64,000 nt of DNA from an uncultured bacterium (GTDB lineage: Bacteria; Chloroflexota; UBA5177; JANWHV01). The first letter of the stretch is position 1, and each line of letters begins with the position of its first letter. The translations under genes and the position numbers were made by a program. The notes below the pieces were generated by a model. The model was not told where the DNA came from, searched no databases, and worked only from the letters and a program-made list of their open reading frames with translations. The DNA lies in contig CAVSOU010000008.1 of assembly GCA_963729625.1 (NCBI GenBank), forward strand, positions 64,001 to 128,000, written 5' to 3'. Positions 59,104-64,000 of this stretch are shown in pieces.

Positions 59104-60384
59104 TCAATCCCAGACAACGGGAAGGCTCTTGAGGTGGTGGACCCCTCGCACCGGCGCGTACTCCACCGAGTCCGCGGCGAGGCGCAGATACGAGAGCCTC
59201 GTTGCCAATGCCTTGAACACCTCCTGACCTTCGATACGTGCCAGGAAGTGACCGAGGCAGAAATGAACGCCACTGCCAAAGGAGAGATGCGGATTTGGAC
59301 TGCGCAGGATGTCGAATGAGTCGGGGCTGGTGAATACCGCGGGGTCACGGTTCGCAGCGGCCATCGCCCAGGTTATTCGTTGCCCTTCCTTGACCTGTCT
59401 TCCATGAAGCTCTATGTCGCGAGTGACGATGCGGTAGGACAGGGGAACGGGGGGATCAAACCGCAGGCATTCCTCAGTCGCGCCGGCAGCGAGCCTTTGG
59501 GGATCCTTCTTGAACCGCTCCCACTGGTCCGGATGGCGCAGGAACGCCAGGGTTCCGTTGCAGATCAAGTCGATGGTGGTGACAAATCCGGCGTCGATCA
59601 GCAGCTGGGCATTGGCCTGAACCTCGTCGCGCGAATAACGCCCCTTCTGTTCAGCCTCCGCGAGGATACCGAGCAGGTCCGGTTGAGACGAAATGCACCT
59701 CCTGTCGATCTCTCCTTCCAGATAGCGCGACGTCGCCGTGATGCCCTCCGCCGAGTGGCGCATGCGATCGGGCTCGAGGCTCATCAGCGATTGCAGTCGC
59801 TTGTCGGCGTGTTCGCGCACCAAGGGACGATCCTGCTCGGGAATGCCCAACATCTCCGAGATGATGAAGAAAGGCAGAGGCTTCGCCAGGTCCTTCATCA
59901 CATCCATGCACCCGGCCGGCTCCACGGCGTCGAGTAGCCGCGCCACCGCTTCGCGGACCTGCTGACGCCAGTGCCGCTCCAGATGTGTCGGGCTAAATGG
60001 TTTGCGAAGCACCGCGCGCATGCGATCGTGCAGGGGAGGATCGTTCTGGATGAGCTCATGCTTTCGAAACGCGTTGCACCAAGCGACCAGGGATCGATCT
60101 TCTTCAGCAATCGGGAGGTCCGGGCCATTGTCCCGAACGTAGATCTCCGAGGAGAACAGCTCCGGATGGCGAAGGATCCAGACAATGTCCGCGTGGCGTG
60201 TCACCAGCCAGGTCTGAAGTTCCGCGTTCCAATGAACGGGCTCCTCCTCCCTGAGGCGGTTCAGCAAAGGGAACGGATCGGCGATAACGTCCATGGCGAA
60301 CAGCGCCTCAGTCACGGCCACACGTCCTTCCCGCTCTTGAGATTGGCCGGCACGTTGCGCTCCAGCTGGCCGCAGCCTCTCCAC
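59104..60384 (-). CDS. Cytochrome P450 (start may be slightly later)
   Basis: [35 protein letters not shown]. Confidence 0.95.
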   Translation of the reverse strand: MERLRPAGAQRAGQSQEREGRVAVTEALFAMDVIADPFPLLNRLREEEPVHWNAELQTWLVTRHADIVWILRHPELFSSEIYVRDNGPDLPIAEEDRSLVAWCNAFRKHELIQNDPPLHDRMRAVLRKPFSPTHLERHWRQQVREAVARLLDAVEPAGCMDVMKDLAKPLPFFIISEMLGIPEQDRPLVREHADKRLQSLMSLEPDRMRHSAEGITATSRYLEGEIDRRCISSQPDLLGILAEAEQKGRYSRDEVQANAQLLIDAGFVTTIDLICNGTLAFLRHPDQWERFKKDPQRLAAGATEECLRFDPPVPLSYRIVTRDIELHGRQVKEGQRITWAMAAANRDPAVFTSPDSFDILRSPNPHLSFGSGVHFCLGHFLARIEGQEVFKALATRLSYLRLAADSVEYAPVRGVHHLKSLPVVWD

Positions 60385-60679
60385 CTCTCAGCGGTAGGGC
60401 GGGTGTGCCGGAGCTCTGTTCGCTTTTCGTGACCCGTCCACGCACAGGGACCCCTGCCGGCCAGGTGCACGACAGCCTTGCGGTCCGTGTGGCCAGCCGG
60501 CCATCGCATCGCTATAGCTGTGCATTGTGGCAGCACGGTGCGATGGCGTCAACCCGACGATCCTGTCAGTTCGGTGTCTAGCATTATCACGATCGATGGT
60601 CGCTCTCGCTGAGCGACTGTGCTTCCGAGCGAGGTGCCCGTGAGTGTCGATGCTAGCCGGAACGCAGCCGGCCCAGCAC

Positions 60680-60778
60680 CGCGTGATCCTCGGGGCGTCG
60701 CGTTCTCGCAGAACTTCGTCCCACAGGCCGGCGAGGCGGTCCCGGACCTCCGTATAGCTAACCGTCCTGCCGGCCACG
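60680..60778 (-). pseudogene. Phd/YefM antitoxin remnant
   Basis: AAAGGTG RBS then VAGRTVSYTEVRDRLAGLWDEVLRERDAPRITR, after which the family match is lost. Confidence 0.6.
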
Positions 60779-60991
60779 TCTATCACCTTTCTGTTTAGGG
60801 ATCCTGTACAAAGGCTAGCGGCGTCCACACGCGGTGTCCCGGCGACCGATGGAGTAGCGTGTGCGTCCGAATTCCGGAGAGTCGGTGTTTACGGCGCGCG
60901 ACTCCACACGCTCTGCGATGCCCCGGGATACCTCCGGTGGGAGCCTCATGATGGGCGCCGTGTGGGTGCGCGCACGCCTCGAGCATCTGTG

Positions 60992-61007
60992 TTATACTGC
61001 AGTATAA
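60992..61007 (+). promoter_or_regulatory. Palindromic TA autoregulatory operator overlapping the -10 region
   Basis: Perfect palindrome TTATACTGCAGTATAA directly before the GGAGG RBS. Confidence 0.75.
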
Positions 61008-61020
61008 TATGGAGGTAGCC

Positions 61021-61278
61021 ATGTACAGGACACGATTGCGCACGGTCGGTGGCTCGGTGATGTTCGCTATCCCCAAGGCGGTACTGGAGAGTCTGGACCT
61101 AGAGCCAAATGCCTCGGTCGGACTCTCGATCGCCCACGGGAAGCTGATCGTGGATCCGCGCCCGGTGCCGCGCTATTCCCTGGCCGAACTCCTGGCGGAG
61201 TGCGATGTCTCGGCCTCTCCTAGCGCGGAGGACGCCGACTGGCTTGGCGACCAATCCGTGGGCCGCGAAGCGATCTAG
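61021..61278 (+). CDS. AbrB/MazE family antitoxin (ChpS/PemI-like)
   Basis: LRTVGGSVMFAIP, YSLAELLAEC, VGRE. Confidence 0.9.
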   Translation: MYRTRLRTVGGSVMFAIPKAVLESLDLEPNASVGLSIAHGKLIVDPRPVPRYSLAELLAECDVSASPSAEDADWLGDQSVGREAI

Positions 61279-61607
61279 TGGATCGCGGCGACATCTACCA
61301 TGTCGATCTCAACCCGATTCGCGGGCATGAACAGGCCGGTGCCCGGTATGTGCTGGTCGTGACCACGAGGGCCTTTAACGATCTCGGTGCGCCCGTGGTG
61401 TGTCCGATCACGCAGGGCGGCGCGTTCGCCCGTCATCGTGGCTTCGCCGTCAAGTTGGCGGGCAGCGACATGCACGTGATCGGTTTTGTCCTCTGCAATC
61501 AGCTCCGTACGCTGGATTTGCAGGCCAGGTCCGCACGGTTCGTGGAAAAGGCGCCGCCCGAGGTTGTCGACGAGGTGCTCGCCCGCATCGCACCGCTGTT
61601 TGACTGA
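61278..61607 (+). CDS. PemK/MazF family endoribonuclease toxin (ChpB-like)
   Basis: RGDIYHVDLNPIRGHEQAG.R, CPITQGG, QLRTLD. Confidence 0.93.
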   Translation: MDRGDIYHVDLNPIRGHEQAGARYVLVVTTRAFNDLGAPVVCPITQGGAFARHRGFAVKLAGSDMHVIGFVLCNQLRTLDLQARSARFVEKAPPEVVDEVLARIAPLFD

Positions 61608-61871
61608 GCCATGTGGCGCGGTCACAATCGCGCGTGCGCCACGGGCATACTTCACCCAGTGCGACCAGTAGTACCCGCGCAGCCATTGACCTTGACTGTC
61701 GTCATAGCCGCCCAAGGCGTGCCGTGCCTCTCGGTGCCCGATCGCCTGTTGCGACCGCTCATGCCGCTCTTCCGGCTGCAACCGACACGCCCAAAGTCAA
61801 TTCCGCGGTCTCTCCATTGGCGGGACTCACGTCCCGTCATTCGCTGGCCATGCTGATGCGCGATCAGAGAC

Positions 61872-64000
61872 TCAGATCGGCAGAAGCACGTTGAGTGTCT
61901 CCGCGTAGACCAGCCGCCTGCCCGTCGCCGGCAGTACGGCTATCGCCGCCTCGGATGCCACCGCACCAGGATATAGCTCGTATTCGCGCAGCACGAGGCG
62001 CAGGGGGGGCGGTGGTGTCGGCAGCGTGGGCAGCGAGTACTGGCCGGTCCAGACGGTCTCGTCCTTCACCGTCGTGCCGTGCAGCACCGTGACGCTATTT
62101 TGCACCGGAATCCAGCCCACATCCGGATCGGATGCCTCGGGGTTGCCGATCTGCTGCTCCATGCTGACCTCGATGATGTTGGTCGTCCGCAGAGGCGCTT
62201 GCCCTGCCACCGTGATGGTCATCCGCTGCGGTACTTTGCCATTGAAGATCACCGTCGCCACGCGATCGGGCGCGATCTGGGAAAAGTCGGCCAGCACCAG
62301 TCGCGAGAGATGCGCGTTCTGGATCGAGTTCGGCTGATAGCGAGCCAGCACCAGCCTGATGAACGGATTGTAGGCGAGCCCGCCGCTGATCAGGACGTCG
62401 GCATACCACAGCCTGCGATCCGGATCGTACGGTGACCTCGTGTCCGGCCACCGATACGGTGACGCCGGTCTGTTCGTCGATCGTAAGCAGGTTGCCGGTC
62501 CGCGTGGCGTTGGTGAAGCCGGACAAGGGGGGTGAGACGGGCGTTGGCGCGTTGAACGAGCGCCAGAGCGGATCGAGGCCCCATTGCGTGATATGCGACG
62601 GATCGGGCTGCGCGAAGGCCACGGCTGCGGGCGGATGCACGGCCGGCAGCACCACCCCCAGCAGCTCGCCCTCGCCGGACGAGTACCATGGGCGCTCCAG
62701 GTACACGCGCAGGCCACCGCCGCGCCGCACCGCGCCGATACCCGTCTTCAGCGCGCCGCTGGTGCGCGAGAAGATGGGCAGCACATAGAGCAGGTTTGGC
62801 GAATTGGGCCGGGCGGAGCTGGGCACGTCGATCACACCCCGCGGGAGCGGGTGCGTCACATTGACGACGCTCGCGGCGGCAGCATGCCCCGGCGTCGGCT
62901 TTGCCACGGCGCCCGTGTCGCTCGATCGCGTGATCAGATCCGGCTGGGCCGTGAGCTCGTCCTTGGTGAAGGGGAAGTACTCGCGATAGCGGCTCGTACC
63001 GATGGCGGTGTAGGACACGCGATGGTACTTCGTGTTGCTGAATTCGTGCGTGAACAACTTCCTGCGATCGCTCACGATTGCCGGATTGGCCGGCGCGAAA
63101 GGCACTGTCTTGTCGCCGTAGTTGATCGGTATCTCCGAGATGTGTCCCTGATGGCTCTGCACGGCCGGCGCCGGTTGCGTCACGTCGTCCACGGGCTCAT
63201 ACCAGCTGGCTGTCAAATCCATCTTGATCGTGCTGTTGCCGCTGATCGGCATGGGCATGTCGACCAGCACGGCCGAGGTGTCGCCTGTTTGGCGTGCCGC
63301 GAAGAACCGATTCGAAAAGCCCGGCTTGATCAGCGGGTGCTGCACCGCGTGCACCAAGGTGATCTGGTGGAAAGGCGTGAGCAGCCAGACGAGCCCTTCC
63401 TGGGCCGCTTTCAGCAAGGCGCCCCCCAGCCCGGCTTGCACAATCCAGTCCCATATCGCGAACAGAAGCAGTCGCGAGGGATCAGGCCGAGAGCTGTATT
63501 GCACCATCACGATCTCGCCCTTGGGCAGCTCGACCGTCAGCAACGGATGCGGGCTGGTCTCCCATTTCGGCGGGTGCGGCACTGCCCTGGCGTCGATTCC
63601 GTTCAGCAGCAATCTGAACGTGCCGTAATTGGGCCAGTTATGGGGCCAGGCACCCTGAACCCAGGTAGGGTCGGTGAAGGCCTTCCCCGGCGTCACGCCG
63701 GGCAGACCGAGGAACGTCGCCCCCACACCGATCGGGTCCGGCATGTACGGGAGCGGGAAGTAGTCTGTATTCAATGGACTCGGCGTGTAGGTCCCGCCGC
63801 TGTACACCTCCGGCGGTGGTGTGGACAGCTGGTTCGCGGGCGTGGAAGACACGACCGGCGTCGTCGGAGTAGGGTTCGGCTTGGTCTCTTGCGGAAGACT
63901 GACATCTGTGTCCGTGATCAGCTTGTACGCCGCCGAAGGCGACATGCCTTCAAACATGCCGTACGTCTCGGCCATCATCTCGCTGGTCTTGGGCGGCAAG
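61872..64000 (-). CDS. Large hypothetical protein, C-terminal part; +1 frameshift near 62431; runs off window
   Basis: Continuous coding frame with GGGLRVYLERPWYSSGEGELLGVV, continuing in the next frame as YDPDRRLWYAD...PFIRLVLARYQP. Confidence 0.8.

Noticed and set aside
22330-62440. Programmed ribosomal frameshifting at the split genes
   Set aside because: No slippery sequences, and the affected gene families are unrelated
1-64000. CRISPR array, tRNA, rRNA or IS element
   Set aside because: No regularly spaced repeats, cloverleaf, rRNA-like sequence or transposase found by eye

Overview
GC-rich bacterial chromosomal window. Gene style suggests a Chloroflexota-like soil organism (inference). 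Contents from left to right: (1) a lower-GC amino-acid ABC transporter; (2) an IclR-amidohydrolase-enolase-RraA catabolic operon; (3) an NMT1/THI5-type ABC transporter under a ykkC subtype-2-like riboswitch; (4) a TetR/MBL pair, a GT39 glycosyltransferase, an M20 hydrolase and argC; (5) three secreted unknown proteins; (6) a cupin and a BTAD-ATPase-TPR regulator, both cut at one back-to-back junction; (7) an HNH pair, a family-B DNA polymerase and hicAB; (8) a LacI-controlled GH31/GH31/GH127 sugar locus plus yicI; (9) mntR-mntH-USP, rbsK and a GNAT; (10) a twin-AraC locus with a sugar ABC transporter, CocE/NonD hydrolase, tandem ferritin-like di-iron protein and URO-D-like protein, with a convergent P450; (11) a mazEF-like TA pair and the C-terminus of a large unknown protein. 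No rRNA, tRNA, CRISPR array or transposase was seen. Six single-base frameshifts suggest read-consensus errors. The strongest novelty candidates are the twin-AraC di-iron/URO-D locus, tied together by a promoter box found three times, the ykkC-variant riboswitch, and a structured leader upstream of mntH.
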